DNA from: an uncultured Gemmatimonadales bacterium
GTDB lineage: Bacteria; Gemmatimonadota; Gemmatimonadetes; Gemmatimonadales; GWC2-71-9
DNA: 64,000 nt
Assembly: GCA_963795085.1 (NCBI GenBank)
Contig: CAWCFX010000001.1
Location: 1,088,001-1,152,000 of the forward strand
Reading direction: 5' to 3'
Part shown: piece by piece, positions 19,721 to 30,865 of the stretch
How the letters are laid out: each line of letters opens with the position of its first letter
Position numbering within the stretch: the first letter of the stretch is position 1
Translations under genes and position numbers: made by a program
Notes under the pieces: model-generated
Seen by the model: only the letters and a program-made list of their open reading frames with translations
Databases searched by the model: none
What the model was told of the DNA's origin: nothing

Positions 19721-21895
19721 ATGCCGCCAGCCGAAAAATCAGGCCCTGGAAAGCCGATCCGTAGCCCGTGGCCCGACCGGTGGCTGCTGGATGCCTTGCA
19801 GCGCCTTGGTCACCCGGCCGTGGATAACCTGACCGGGTCCAAGGCCGGCTGCGCCTGGGACGGCCTGCTCGCCGCGGGCGCCGGTGAGGAGGAAATGCTT
19901 GACCTGGCCTGTGCGGTGTCCAACCGGCCGGCGGCCGACCTCTCCGAGATGGGCGGCAACCGCGCCGAACTGCTGGATAGCGCCATGGCGTTCCGGTACG
20001 GCGTGGTGCCGGTCCGGGTCTGGGATGGTGAGCTCGAAGTGGCAACCTCCAATCCGCTCCATCCTTCCCTGGAAGCCGACCTCGAGTTCGCCACCGGGCG
20101 CCGGATCACACTCACCGTCGCCAGCCCCGGCGCCATCCGCACCGCGCAGGCCCAGGTGTACGGGCAGAGTTCCAGCGGCGGCGCTCCCCAGGGATTCTCC
20201 TGGGTCCTCACGGCCGCGGCCACCCGTAACCACGTCGTCGCGCCGCTGAAGGGCGCCGCGGTGGAGACGCTCGACCGGGTGGTCATGCAGGCCGTGGGCA
20301 CCGGGGCGAGCGACATCCATTTCGAGCCGACCGATGCCGGACTCCTGGTGCGGACCCGGATCGACGGCATCCTGCACGACGTGGCCCAGCTTTCCACCGA
20401 CGTAGCGGCCCATCTGATCAGCCGGGTCAAGGTGATGGCGAACCTGGATATCGCCAACCGCAAGCGGCCCCAGGACGGCAGCGCGTCGGTCATGTTCGAC
20501 GGCCGTCCCATCGACCTCCGGGTCTCCACGCTCCCGCTGGGCTCCCGCGGGGAGAAGGCGGTCATCCGGATCCTCGATCCCCGCAACGCGATCTCCGATT
20601 TCAGCTGCCTCGGCTTCGGCGCCGGGGAGCGCTACCGGTTCGAGCGGCTGCTGGCCATCCCCGAAGGCATGGTCCTGGTCACCGGTCCCACCGGCTCCGG
20701 CAAGACCACGACGCTCTATTCCGGGCTCCGGCACATCAAGTCGCAGCAGAAGAATATCGTGACAGTGGAAGACCCGATCGAGTACCGGATCGAGGGCGTC
20801 AACCAGGTCCAGGTCCACGAGAAGTCGGGGCTGACCTTCGCGGCCGCGCTCCGGTCCATCCTCCGGCAGGACCCCGACGTGGTCCTGGTGGGCGAGATCC
20901 GGGACCGGGAAACGGCGGAGATCGCCCTCAAGGCCGGCATGACCGGCCACCTGGTGTTGACCACCCTGCACACCAATAACGCCGTCTCCGCCGTCACCCG
21001 GATGCTGGAAATGGGTGTCGAGCGGGCCGCGTTGAGCGGCGCCCTCAAGGGCATCGTGGCCCAGCGGCTGGTCCGCCGCCTGTGCGATGCCTGCGCCCGG
21101 CCCACCACCCTCGCCGACATTCCGCCGGATCAGCAGCACCTGCTGGAGGGAAAGAAATGCGACCGGCTGCGAACGTCGGTCGGATGCCCGGCGTGTATCG
21201 GTACCGGGTTCCGGGGGCGCCTGGCCCTGGCCGAGGTCCTGCTGGTGAACGAGGAAGTCGCCCGGGCCATCGCCCAGCAGGCATCGCTCGAAGACCTGCT
21301 GGTGTCGGCCCGCCGGGGCGGGATGCTGTCGCTCTGGGAGTCAGGGATGGACCGGGTGCTCGCCGGGACTACTTCGCTCCACGAGCTGGTGGACAACGTG
21401 GCCACGCCGGTCGAGGAAGCGACCGATGACCAGGGCTCCGTGGACCAGCTCATCGCCAGCTTGCGGTCGCCAGACCCGGGGGCCGGCATCCAGGCGCCGG
21501 TCATCCGGGAGCCGGCGCCCACCGCACGGAAGACCGGCCCCCGGGTCCTGGTGGTTGATGACGACCGGGTGGAACGCCGGGCGACGCGGGACGAGCTGGA
21601 GCGGGCCGGCTTCGTGGTGATCGAGGCGGCCGACGGCGAAGCCGCGGCATCCTACGTCAGGCGGCTCACACCAGATGCGATCGTGTGCGAGGTGGCGCTG
21701 CCGAAACTGGATGCCGTGGGACTGCTCCAGTCGCTCCGGGGACAGGATGCTCCGCCGCTGGTCGTTCATTCCCGCCAGGTTGACGCTTCGCTCCAGGAAT
21801 GGCTGCTCGAACTGGGTGCCTCCGACGTGCTGGCCAAGTGCGAAGGGGCGGAACGCCTGGTCGCCAGCCTGCGAATGCGGATGGCGGCGACCTAG
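19721..21895 (+). CDS. GspE/PulE/PilB-family secretion ATPase with C-terminal receiver domain
   Basis: ASDIHFEP, RKRPQDG, GPTGSGKTTT, TVEDPIEY, LRQDPDVVLVGEIRD, TLHTN, CxxC...CxxC; C-terminal VLVVDDD REC fold. Confidence 0.93.
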   Translation: MPPAEKSGPGKPIRSPWPDRWLLDALQRLGHPAVDNLTGSKAGCAWDGLLAAGAGEEEMLDLACAVSNRPAADLSEMGGNRAELLDSAMAFRYGVVPVRVWDGELEVATSNPLHPSLEADLEFATGRRITLTVASPGAIRTAQAQVYGQSSSGGAPQGFSWVLTAAATRNHVVAPLKGAAVETLDRVVMQAVGTGASDIHFEPTDAGLLVRTRIDGILHDVAQLSTDVAAHLISRVKVMANLDIANRKRPQDGSASVMFDGRPIDLRVSTLPLGSRGEKAVIRILDPRNAISDFSCLGFGAGERYRFERLLAIPEGMVLVTGPTGSGKTTTLYSGLRHIKSQQKNIVTVEDPIEYRIEGVNQVQVHEKSGLTFAAALRSILRQDPDVVLVGEIRDRETAEIALKAGMTGHLVLTTLHTNNAVSAVTRMLEMGVERAALSGALKGIVAQRLVRRLCDACARPTTLADIPPDQQHLLEGKKCDRLRTSVGCPACIGTGFRGRLALAEVLLVNEEVARAIAQQASLEDLLVSARRGGMLSLWESGMDRVLAGTTSLHELVDNVATPVEEATDDQGSVDQLIASLRSPDPGAGIQAPVIREPAPTARKTGPRVLVVDDDRVERRATRDELERAGFVVIEAADGEAAASYVRRLTPDAIVCEVALPKLDAVGLLQSLRGQDAPPLVVHSRQVDASLQEWLLELGASDVLAKCEGAERLVASLRMRMAAT

Positions 21896-22055
21896 CGCCG
21901 GTGTCGGAGCGGGGGCGTCCCCGGGCACCCTCGAACCCGGTGTGGGATCCGCTAGGGAATGCTCACCAGAGGATAAGGTGCGGACCGGCGGGCCGTCCGC
22001 CTGTCCGCCCGCCCCGGTTCCGCTTAGCTTGAAGTCTCCCCAGCCGAAACCTTCC

Positions 22056-23549
<1,494 letters not shown>

Positions 23550-23566
23550 CCCGCTCGCCCGGCGAC

Positions 23567-24802
23567 GTGACTGTTGCGGTAATTGGCGCCGGGGCTGCCG
23601 GCCTCATGGCGGCGATCCATGCGGCCCGGGCCGGCGTCCGGGTCCTGCTGCTGGAGCGCACCCGTGACGGGGGCCGCAAGATCCTGATCAGCGGCGGCGG
23701 CCGCTGCAACATCCTCCCTTCCCGGCTCGACGAGTCCCGCTTCATCACCGATTCCTCTCCCCACACGCTCCGCAACATCGTGCGCTCCTGGCCGCTGCGC
23801 GAGCAGGTTGCCTTTTTCGAGCACGAACTGGCACTGCCGCTGGTGGAGGAGCCGGAGTCGGCCAAGCTGTTTCCCGCCAGCAACCGGGCCCGGGACGTGC
23901 GGGACGGTCTGCTGGGGCTGGCCATCCGGAGCGGCGTCGAGTTCCGGCCCGACACCCTGGTTACCGGCTTCGTGCCCGAGGGGGGAGCGTGGCGGGTCGA
24001 GGTGGAAGGCGGCGAGCCGGTAAGCGCCAGCGCCGTCGTCGTGGCGACCGGGGGCCTCTCGGTGCCCGCGACCGGCAGTGACGGCCGCGGGCTCGCCGTG
24101 CTCCGGCGGCTGGGCCATACCGTTCATCCCACGTACGCGGCGCTGACCCCGGTGACCGCCGACCCGCCCCCGTTCGGCGATCTCGCCGGCATCTCGCTCC
24201 CGGTGACCATCACCGCCCGGAGCACCGGGCGGCGGGCGACCGCCACCGGCGGGTTTCTCTTTACCCACCGGGGCTACAGCGGCCCCTCGGTGCTGGATGT
24301 GTCGCACGTGCTGGTGCGGGAGCGGGCGGAGGGCGGGCGCGATGCGAAACTCCTGGTGCAATGGACCGGCATGAACGAATCCCAGTGGGAGGCGGCGCTG
24401 CACCCGGAGGGCACCCGGAGCGTGGGCGGGGTGGTCCGCCGAGTCCTGCCCGATCGGCTGGCCGATGCGCTGATGAAAGCCGCGGAGGTAGATCCGGCCC
24501 GCACCCTGGCGCAGTTGCGCCGGGAGGAACGGCTGCGCCTGGTGGAGACGATGGTCCGGGGGGAGCTGCCCTGGCACGGAGACGAGGGTTACAAGAAAGC
24601 CGAAGTGACCGGCGGAGGCGTGAGCCTGGCAGAGGTAGATCCCCGGACCATGGAGAGCCGGAAACACCCGGGTCTGTTTATCTGCGGCGAAGCGCTGGAC
24701 GCGTTCGGGCCGATCGGCGGCTACAACTTCTACTGGGCCTGGGCCACCGGCCGGGCGGCGGGGCAGGGTGTGGCGCTCGCCTGCGTCACATCGGGGGTGT
24801 GA
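23567..24802 (+). CDS. HI0933/YhiN (BaiN-like) flavoprotein
   Basis: GAGAAG, GRKILISGGGRCN, ATGGLS, LFTHRGYSGP, VTGGGV and GPIGGYN motifs. Confidence 0.93.
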   Translation: MTVAVIGAGAAGLMAAIHAARAGVRVLLLERTRDGGRKILISGGGRCNILPSRLDESRFITDSSPHTLRNIVRSWPLREQVAFFEHELALPLVEEPESAKLFPASNRARDVRDGLLGLAIRSGVEFRPDTLVTGFVPEGGAWRVEVEGGEPVSASAVVVATGGLSVPATGSDGRGLAVLRRLGHTVHPTYAALTPVTADPPPFGDLAGISLPVTITARSTGRRATATGGFLFTHRGYSGPSVLDVSHVLVRERAEGGRDAKLLVQWTGMNESQWEAALHPEGTRSVGGVVRRVLPDRLADALMKAAEVDPARTLAQLRREERLRLVETMVRGELPWHGDEGYKKAEVTGGGVSLAEVDPRTMESRKHPGLFICGEALDAFGPIGGYNFYWAWATGRAAGQGVALACVTSGV

Positions 24803-24851
24803 TGTGGGTCGCTGTGACGACCCGGGGGAAGGTGTATTTCACACTACACGC

Positions 24852-24910
24852 ATTTCAGATTTGAGATCAATGACATTCAATCTGAAATCAGAAATCTGAG
24901 ATCTGAAATC
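24852..24910. repeat. AT-rich heptamer array in inverted arrangement
   Basis: ATTTCAG ATTTGAG ... ATCTGAA ATCAGAA ATCTGAG ATCTGAA in one 7-bp register. Confidence 0.65.
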
Positions 24911-24927
24911 CCAAAGGAGCGCATCTC

Positions 24928-25083
24928 ATGTTAGCAACCATTGCGGTTATCCTGCTGGTCGCCTGGCTGCTCGGGTTCCTGGCGTTCAACGTCGCCGGTG
25001 GGCTGATCCACATCCTGCTGGTGATTGCGGTTGTGGCCCTCATCATGCACTTCGTCCGGGGACGCGGCCGACCGATCGTCTAG
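24928..25083 (+). CDS. lmo0937-family small membrane protein (51 aa; not in ORF track)
   Basis: AAGGAG RBS; MLATIAVILLVAWLLGFLAFNVAGGLIHILLVIAVVALIMHFVRGRGRPIV with the GGLIHILLV signature. Confidence 0.88.
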   Translation: MLATIAVILLVAWLLGFLAFNVAGGLIHILLVIAVVALIMHFVRGRGRPIV

Positions 25084-25211
25084 CAGTCTGCTTGCGAGGC
25101 ATGGGCGGATGTGCCGGGGCGGGCTGGTCCACCGGGTGAGATGATCACCCAGGGCCGGCCAGGTTTCCCCGGCACATCCTTCTCGCGCCGCCCTCTCACG
25201 TACGAAAATCA

Positions 25212-25240
25212 GAACAGGCGAGCCATCGGCTCGCCTGTTC
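25212..25240 (-). terminator. Hairpin downstream of tRNA-Val
   Basis: GAACAGGCGAGCC-ATC-GGCTCGCCTGTTC, a perfect 13-bp stem, followed on the minus strand by TGATTTT. Confidence 0.7.
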
Positions 25241-25252
25241 GTTGTCTGCGTA

Positions 25253-25326
25253 TGGGGGATGAGGGGCTCGAACCCCCGACCTCGCGCATGTGAGGCGCGC
25301 GCTCTAACCAGCTGAGCTAATCCCCC
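25253..25326 (-). tRNA. tRNA-Val(CAC)
   Basis: GGGGGATTAGCTCAGCTGGTTAGAGCGCGCGCCT-CAC-ATGCGCGAGGTCGGGGGTTCGAGCCCCTCATCCCCCA full cloverleaf; CCA not encoded. Confidence 0.97.
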
Positions 25327-25439
25327 GGTGTCCCGCCAACATCACCTGAATTTGGGAGCCGGATTCTAAACCTGCCCCCACCGTATTTCAAGATGCCGGC
25401 GCTCGCGTCCTGCGGTTGCCGCGGGCCTTTTTCCGCTCG

Positions 25440-26477
25440 CTATATCAGCCCGCTTCTCCGCAATCGCCCGATCTGGTCAAACCGTTCCTCGTGCACGGCC
25501 AGGACTTCGGCGCCGCTGACGGTGGCGACCCCCGCCTTGCCGACTTCCACCCCGGCGGCGTAGTTGGCGAGAATGGCGCCTTCCAGCACCGAGGCGCCGG
25601 CGGCCAGGGCGGTGCCCATCCATGCCGTCACCGTGTCGCCCGCCCCGGAGACGTCGTACACCTCCCGCGCGATGCTGGGGATGTGGGTGATCCGCTGGTC
25701 CTTGGTCACCAGCACCATGCCGTCGGCGCCGAGGGTGACCAGGAGATTGTCTACCTTGAGCCGGGTGAGGACCTCGGGCAGGGCATCCCGGTGCTGCAGG
25801 TCCACCGCTGCGCCGAGGGCGGACTCCAGTTCCCGCCGGTTGGGTTTGAACACCGTGGCGCCGGCGTACTCGAAGAACTGGCGGAACTTGGGGTCCACCA
25901 CCACCGGCACGCCGCGCTTGCGGGCGGCACCCATGGCCGCCGCGATCAGCGGGGGGGCCAGGGCGCCCTTGTTGTAGTCTTCCATCAGCAGCGCATCGGC
26001 GTTGCTCAGGGCCTCCAGCAGGATCGCGGTGAGCTGCTCCAGCGCCGGGCCCTCGAGCAGGGTGTCCACCTCTTCGTCGATCCGGACCACCTGCTGGGAG
26101 CGGGCCAGCACCCGGGTCTTGGAGGTCGTGGGCCGGTCCGCCAGCGACACGATGCCCCGGTCGTCAATGCGGGCCGCCGCCAGTTCCTGCCGCAGGGCTC
26201 GGCCCTCCGGGTCATCGCCGACCACCCCGACCAGCTGGCAATGTGCGCCGATGGCAACCACGTTGGCGGCCACGTTGGCCGCGCCGCCCAGTGCGGTGCG
26301 TCGTTCCTTGATGGTCACCACCGGGACCGGAGCCTCGGGAGAGAGCCGGTCGGTCTCGCCGATGAGATAGCGGTCGAGCATGACGTCGCCCACCACCACA
26401 ATGCGGGTGGCCTTGAGCCGGTCCAGCAGGAGCAGGACCCGGTCGCGGGTGAGCGGCGGATAGGGCGTCTGTCTCAC
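25440..26477 (-). CDS. rfaE1: D-glycero-beta-D-manno-heptose-7-phosphate kinase (HldE/RfaE domain I, stand-alone)
   Basis: VGDVMLDRY, RLSPEAPVPV, GGAANVA, DYNKG, KPNRRE and DVSGAGDT motifs. Confidence 0.93.
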   Translation of the reverse strand: MRQTPYPPLTRDRVLLLLDRLKATRIVVVGDVMLDRYLIGETDRLSPEAPVPVVTIKERRTALGGAANVAANVVAIGAHCQLVGVVGDDPEGRALRQELAAARIDDRGIVSLADRPTTSKTRVLARSQQVVRIDEEVDTLLEGPALEQLTAILLEALSNADALLMEDYNKGALAPPLIAAAMGAARKRGVPVVVDPKFRQFFEYAGATVFKPNRRELESALGAAVDLQHRDALPEVLTRLKVDNLLVTLGADGMVLVTKDQRITHIPSIAREVYDVSGAGDTVTAWMGTALAAGASVLEGAILANYAAGVEVGKAGVATVSGAEVLAVHEERFDQIGRLRRSGLI

Positions 26478-27994
26478 GGCAGTTTCCCTCGACGTGACGT
26501 GCCGACGGTGATGAAGAGGCGGCCTTCGAAACGGTTCGCGGTGGCCCCTTCAATATGGTTCTGGTTCTCGATATGGTGGAACCCCGCCGACGCGTTGACC
26601 CGGAACGGGCGCAGGGCCCCCGAGATCCCCAGCCCGGCGCGCCAGGTCCGCTCCACGACGCCGATGAACAGTTGCGGAGTGGAGCCCAGTTCCCCGCTGC
26701 CCGAGGTCGGATAGGGATCCTGGATGCGGCCCTCGCCCTGGCGGAGCATGCCGACCTCGGGCGCCAGCAGCCAGCCCCGGGCGACCGGCAGCGTCACCGT
26801 GACGACCAGCTGATCGTTATCCGCAAAGTTGCGGCCGATGCCCACCCCGTCATCGGTGAAGTCCTGGAACTGGTTGTCGAAGGTGCGGAAGGCCAGGCTG
26901 GATGCCTGGGTGTACCAGGCCCGCCATGCGTAGCGCCGCGCCAGGGGTCCGGAGCCCATGAGGGTAAACGCCCAGCGGTCCGGGTTCCGAGTCGGGGAGC
27001 CGCGGTCCTTGTACGTCAGGTCGTCCAGCGCGAACTGGCCCTGCAACGTCAGGCGGCGGGAGACGTTCCAGAGCACGTCCGCCCCCAGCATCGAATTGGT
27101 CTCCGCGCCCAGTCCATAGGCGTTTTGCAGGAAGCTGAGACTGAGGGGGCTCAGTTGCCGGAAGTCCGCGTTCCGGCTGGCCCCCGCGAAGACCACCGTT
27201 TCCCACAGCGCGACATGCAGCCGGGAGGAAACCCGCGCCGCCAGGCGGTGGGCAAAGAAATAGCGGTGCACCACCTGGTTCGCGCTGTCCCGTTCGTCGG
27301 TCAGCTGGGCCGCCTGCGCGCTCAACCGGATGGCCGGCGTCCCCACTTCCAGGCCGAGCACCGGGCGTCCGTATCCATAGTTACTGAGGCTGATGCCGGG
27401 GACGCCCGCCGGTCCCCAGTTCTGGTCCAGCTGGCCGTACAGCAGCCGGGCGAGGCCGAACTGGCCGCTGATATAGGATTCCGCCTGCCGCCCCGCGACG
27501 TCCAGGTCTTTCCGCCCCGGCCAGTCGGGATCCACGATGAGCCGCGGCTCCAGCACCGGGCGGGTGGCCAGCACCAGGTTGCCGATCACGGCCTGGAGGT
27601 CCACCTCTCCATAGGGCCGGGCGCCGTCCGGGCCGGCCGGATGCCAGGGATCCCGCCGGGCATGGGTGTAAGCCTGGCCGCCCACGCGTACTGAGGCCCG
27701 CCACCGGTTGGCCTCGGGCAGGTCGTCGTACATATCCGCCAGTCGCGCCAGCTGCGCTGAATCGCCGCGGCCCGCGGAATCCGACGCGAGGAGCTCCCGC
27801 CGCAGGTCGGCCCGCCGGAAGGGGCGGACCATCGGGGAAGGATCGCGGATATCGCCGCGGACGATCAGGTGCTCGACCAGCGGGAGGCCGGGATCGTCCA
27901 GCGGGATGTAGGGCGAGGCCTGGGCCGCGAGACCGGCCGGTCCGCCCAGCAGGGCGGCCAGGGCGGCGAAAAGACCACGGCGGGTGAGAGTCAT
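26474..27994 (-). CDS. Outer-membrane protein, capsule assembly Wzi-like
   Basis: C-terminal part of ORF 26474-28993 from MTLTRRGL (signal peptide); NWGP, FFAHRL and GQFALDD motifs. Confidence 0.65.
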   Translation of the reverse strand: MTLTRRGLFAALAALLGGPAGLAAQASPYIPLDDPGLPLVEHLIVRGDIRDPSPMVRPFRRADLRRELLASDSAGRGDSAQLARLADMYDDLPEANRWRASVRVGGQAYTHARRDPWHPAGPDGARPYGEVDLQAVIGNLVLATRPVLEPRLIVDPDWPGRKDLDVAGRQAESYISGQFGLARLLYGQLDQNWGPAGVPGISLSNYGYGRPVLGLEVGTPAIRLSAQAAQLTDERDSANQVVHRYFFAHRLAARVSSRLHVALWETVVFAGASRNADFRQLSPLSLSFLQNAYGLGAETNSMLGADVLWNVSRRLTLQGQFALDDLTYKDRGSPTRNPDRWAFTLMGSGPLARRYAWRAWYTQASSLAFRTFDNQFQDFTDDGVGIGRNFADNDQLVVTVTLPVARGWLLAPEVGMLRQGEGRIQDPYPTSGSGELGSTPQLFIGVVERTWRAGLGISGALRPFRVNASAGFHHIENQNHIEGATANRFEGRLFITVGTSRRGKLP

Positions 27995-28069
27995 GAAGCT
28001 GGAAGGTATCCCGTCCCGGAAGGATCGTACAGCCGTGCGGCATCCCCGGGGACGCGTTACTTTGGAGCC

Positions 28070-29077
28070 ATGGCCGATCTGCATGTAGAGGCGACCCGGG
28101 GCGATCTCGTGGAATCGGTGCACCGGGTCTCGGTGGCGGTGGTGGATGACGGCGGAAGGCTCATCGCGGAGTCGGGCGACCCCGACCTGGTGACCTTCTG
28201 GCGCTCGGCGGCCAAACCCTTCCAGGCCCTCCCGCTCGTGCTCGATGGCGGGGCTGACCGGTTCGGGTTCGAACCGCGGGAACTGGCGCTCTGCTGCGCG
28301 TCCCATTCCAGCGAACCCGAGCACCGCGCCGTCACCGATACCATCCTGGCCCGGCTGGGGCTGTCCGAGGAGGCGCTGGCCTGCGGGCCCCACACCCCGC
28401 TCTCCAGCGCGGTCGCCGAAGCTGCGGTGCGCACCGGCACCCGGATCACCGCGCGGTGGAGCAACTGTTCCGGCAAGCATGCCGGCATGCTCGCGCTCGC
28501 GCTGCATCACGGCTGGCCTGTCGAAGGGTACAACGAGATTGCCCACCCGGTGCAGCAGCGGATCCTCGAGGAACTCGAGCGGTGGACCGGGGTCTCCCGG
28601 GATGATGTGTTCTGTTCGGTTGACGGCTGCAACACGGTATGTTTTGCCCTCTCGCTGCGCGGCATGGCCGCCGCGTACGCCCGCTTCGGGACGGCGTCCG
28701 AGCCGGGACCTGCGCGGCTCCGGGCGGCCATGACGGGTCATCCCCACCTGGTCGGCGGCACCGGGCGTCCCTGTACCGACCTGATGGCGGCGTTCGGGGG
28801 GGACCTGGTCGCGAAGATCGGTGCCGAGGGGGTGTACAGCGCCGCGCTTCCGGCCCATGGCCTGGGGATCTCGCTCAAGGCCGAGGACGGGGACATGCGG
28901 AGCGCGCCCATTGCGCTGGTGGCGGTTCTGCAGCAGGTGTTGCAGGCGCTGGGCGACCAGCGGGGCATCGCCCTGCTGCAGCGTACCGCGCACCAGCCCC
29001 GGATCCCGATCCGGAATACCCGCGGCATTGTGACGGGCGCCCTGTCAGCGGCCGGCGATCTGCGTTTTCTTAGATAG
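28070..29077 (+). CDS. L-asparaginase II (Rhizobium-type) family protein
   Basis: RGDLVESVH, RSAAKPFQA, ASHSSE, NCSGKHAG, DGC and AKIGAEG motifs. Confidence 0.92.
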   Translation: MADLHVEATRGDLVESVHRVSVAVVDDGGRLIAESGDPDLVTFWRSAAKPFQALPLVLDGGADRFGFEPRELALCCASHSSEPEHRAVTDTILARLGLSEEALACGPHTPLSSAVAEAAVRTGTRITARWSNCSGKHAGMLALALHHGWPVEGYNEIAHPVQQRILEELERWTGVSRDDVFCSVDGCNTVCFALSLRGMAAAYARFGTASEPGPARLRAAMTGHPHLVGGTGRPCTDLMAAFGGDLVAKIGAEGVYSAALPAHGLGISLKAEDGDMRSAPIALVAVLQQVLQALGDQRGIALLQRTAHQPRIPIRNTRGIVTGALSAAGDLRFLR

Positions 29078-29125
29078 CACTCCAGGTTTTTTGGTGCCGC
29101 ATTGTGTGGCCGGGGATATAGACTG

Positions 29126-29767
29126 ATGGCGAAACAGGACAATCTGGATCAACATACGCTCGCGCTGGTCCGCCTGGCGGCGGCGGTGGCCCAGGGATAC
29201 GAGCCGGAACTCCGGGAACGGATCGCCGATGTACGCCGGGCCATGGTGCCGCTCCCCTGGGTCGAAGAGCTGCTGCTGCAATCGGTCCTGATGGCGGGGT
29301 ATCCGCGGACCCTCATTGCCCTCACCATCTGGCGCAAGCTGTCCCGGCTGGAGGCCCCCGACACCGATCCGGATTCCGATTACGCGAACGTTGCGGAATG
29401 GACCCGCCGGGGCGAAGAGACCTGCCACCGCATCTATGGCGACAACTACCGGCGGCTCCGGGCCAACGTGCAGGAGCTGCACCCGGCGCTGGACAAGTGG
29501 ATGATCACCGAGGGCTACGGTCGGACGCTTTCCCGGCCGGGGCTCGACCTGCTCCGGCGGGAACTCTGTACGGTGGCGCAGACCGCCGTGCTGGAAGCGC
29601 CCCGGCAGCTCCACTCGCATATGCGGGGCGCCCTGAACGCCGGGGCCGGCTTCGCCCAGATCGAAGCGGTGCTGTCGGTGGTCAACCCGTTGCTGTCGTT
29701 TGAACAGTGGAAAGCGGTGAAAGAGCTATGGCGATCGGTCAAGGAAAGCTGGATCCCCGACGACTGA
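29126..29767 (+). CDS. Carboxymuconolactone decarboxylase/AhpD-like family protein
   Basis: EELLLQSVLMAGYPR; YGRTLSRPGLDLLRRELCTVA...QLHSHMRGALNAG. Confidence 0.85.
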   Translation: MAKQDNLDQHTLALVRLAAAVAQGYEPELRERIADVRRAMVPLPWVEELLLQSVLMAGYPRTLIALTIWRKLSRLEAPDTDPDSDYANVAEWTRRGEETCHRIYGDNYRRLRANVQELHPALDKWMITEGYGRTLSRPGLDLLRRELCTVAQTAVLEAPRQLHSHMRGALNAGAGFAQIEAVLSVVNPLLSFEQWKAVKELWRSVKESWIPDD

Positions 29768-29836
29768 ACCGGTCCGGCGGTACGCCGAAGGCCCGTCCGG
29801 CCCCTCCCTGGTGTCTCCAGCTGACAACGAGCGTGC

Positions 29837-30865
29837 ATGTTCATTGATCGAGCGGTAGTGCGGGTCATCGCCGGTACCGGCGGGAGCGGCGCGGCGTCAT
29901 TCGCGCGGTTCAAGTACCGCCCCAAGGGCGGCCCGGACGGCGGCGACGGCGGGCACGGCGGCAGCGTGTACGTCCGGGGCGACTCCAACCTGGCCACCCT
30001 GCTCGACTACCGCTACAAGAACGTCTGGAAAGCCGAACGGGGCACCCATGGCAAGGGCAAGACCATGACCGGCGCCAGCTCGGAGGACGTGTACCTCCCG
30101 GTCCCGCCGGGCACCCTGGTGAAAGACGCGGAGACCGGCGAGTTGCTGGGCGAGATCCTGGACAACGGCAGCGAGGTGCTGGTGGCCCGGGGCGGCCGGG
30201 GCGGCCGGGGCAATGCCCGGTTTGCGACCTCGACCCACCAGGCGCCCCGGGAATGGGAGCCGGGCGAAGAGGGCGGGGATCGCCAGATCGAACTGGTGCT
30301 CAAACTCATCGCCGATGTCGGATTGGTGGGCGAGCCCAACGCCGGCAAGAGCACTCTCCTCTCCGTGATCTCGGCGGCCCGGCCCAAGATTGCCGACTAT
30401 CCTTTTACGACGCTGGAGCCCAACCTCGGCGTCGTGGGTCTCTCCGGCAACCGCTCGTTCGTGGTGGCGGACATTCCCGGCATCATCGAGGGTGCCCACG
30501 CCGGCAAGGGCCTGGGGCTCAAGTTTCTGCAGCACGTCGAGCGGACCCGGGTGCTGGCGTTCCTTATTCCGCTGGAATCAGAGAGTCTCCAGGCGGTGTA
30601 CCAGCAGCTGCGGCACGAGATTCATTCGTACAGCGAGGAACTCTTCGCCAAGCCCCATGTCGTGCTGCTGACCAAGCGAGACTTGCTGGCGCACAGTGCC
30701 AGCCTGCCGCCCCTTCACGCTCCGGAGGCAACCGCCGTGCTGGCGATCTCCAGCGCGGCGGGAACCGGGTTGGAAGACGTAAAAGAGTTTCTGTGGCGGT
30801 TCGTAGAGCAGGCCAAGGCAACCACGGCACCTGTCGAGGAGACCCGTGATACCCCCGATCCATAG
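29837..30865 (+). CDS. obgE: GTPase ObgE/CgtA
   Basis: MFID, Gly-rich Obg fold, GEPNAGKS, YPFTT, DIPG and TKRD motifs. Confidence 0.97.
   Translation: MFIDRAVVRVIAGTGGSGAASFARFKYRPKGGPDGGDGGHGGSVYVRGDSNLATLLDYRYKNVWKAERGTHGKGKTMTGASSEDVYLPVPPGTLVKDAETGELLGEILDNGSEVLVARGGRGGRGNARFATSTHQAPREWEPGEEGGDRQIELVLKLIADVGLVGEPNAGKSTLLSVISAARPKIADYPFTTLEPNLGVVGLSGNRSFVVADIPGIIEGAHAGKGLGLKFLQHVERTRVLAFLIPLESESLQAVYQQLRHEIHSYSEELFAKPHVVLLTKRDLLAHSASLPPLHAPEATAVLAISSAAGTGLEDVKEFLWRFVEQAKATTAPVEETRDTPDP

Noticed and set aside
29074..29100. CIRCE-like site ATAGCACTC-N9-TGGTGCCGC upstream of the gene run containing hrcA-dnaJ
   Set aside because: The left arm matches 8/9 but the right arm only 4/9 of TTAGCACTC-N9-GAGTGCTAA.
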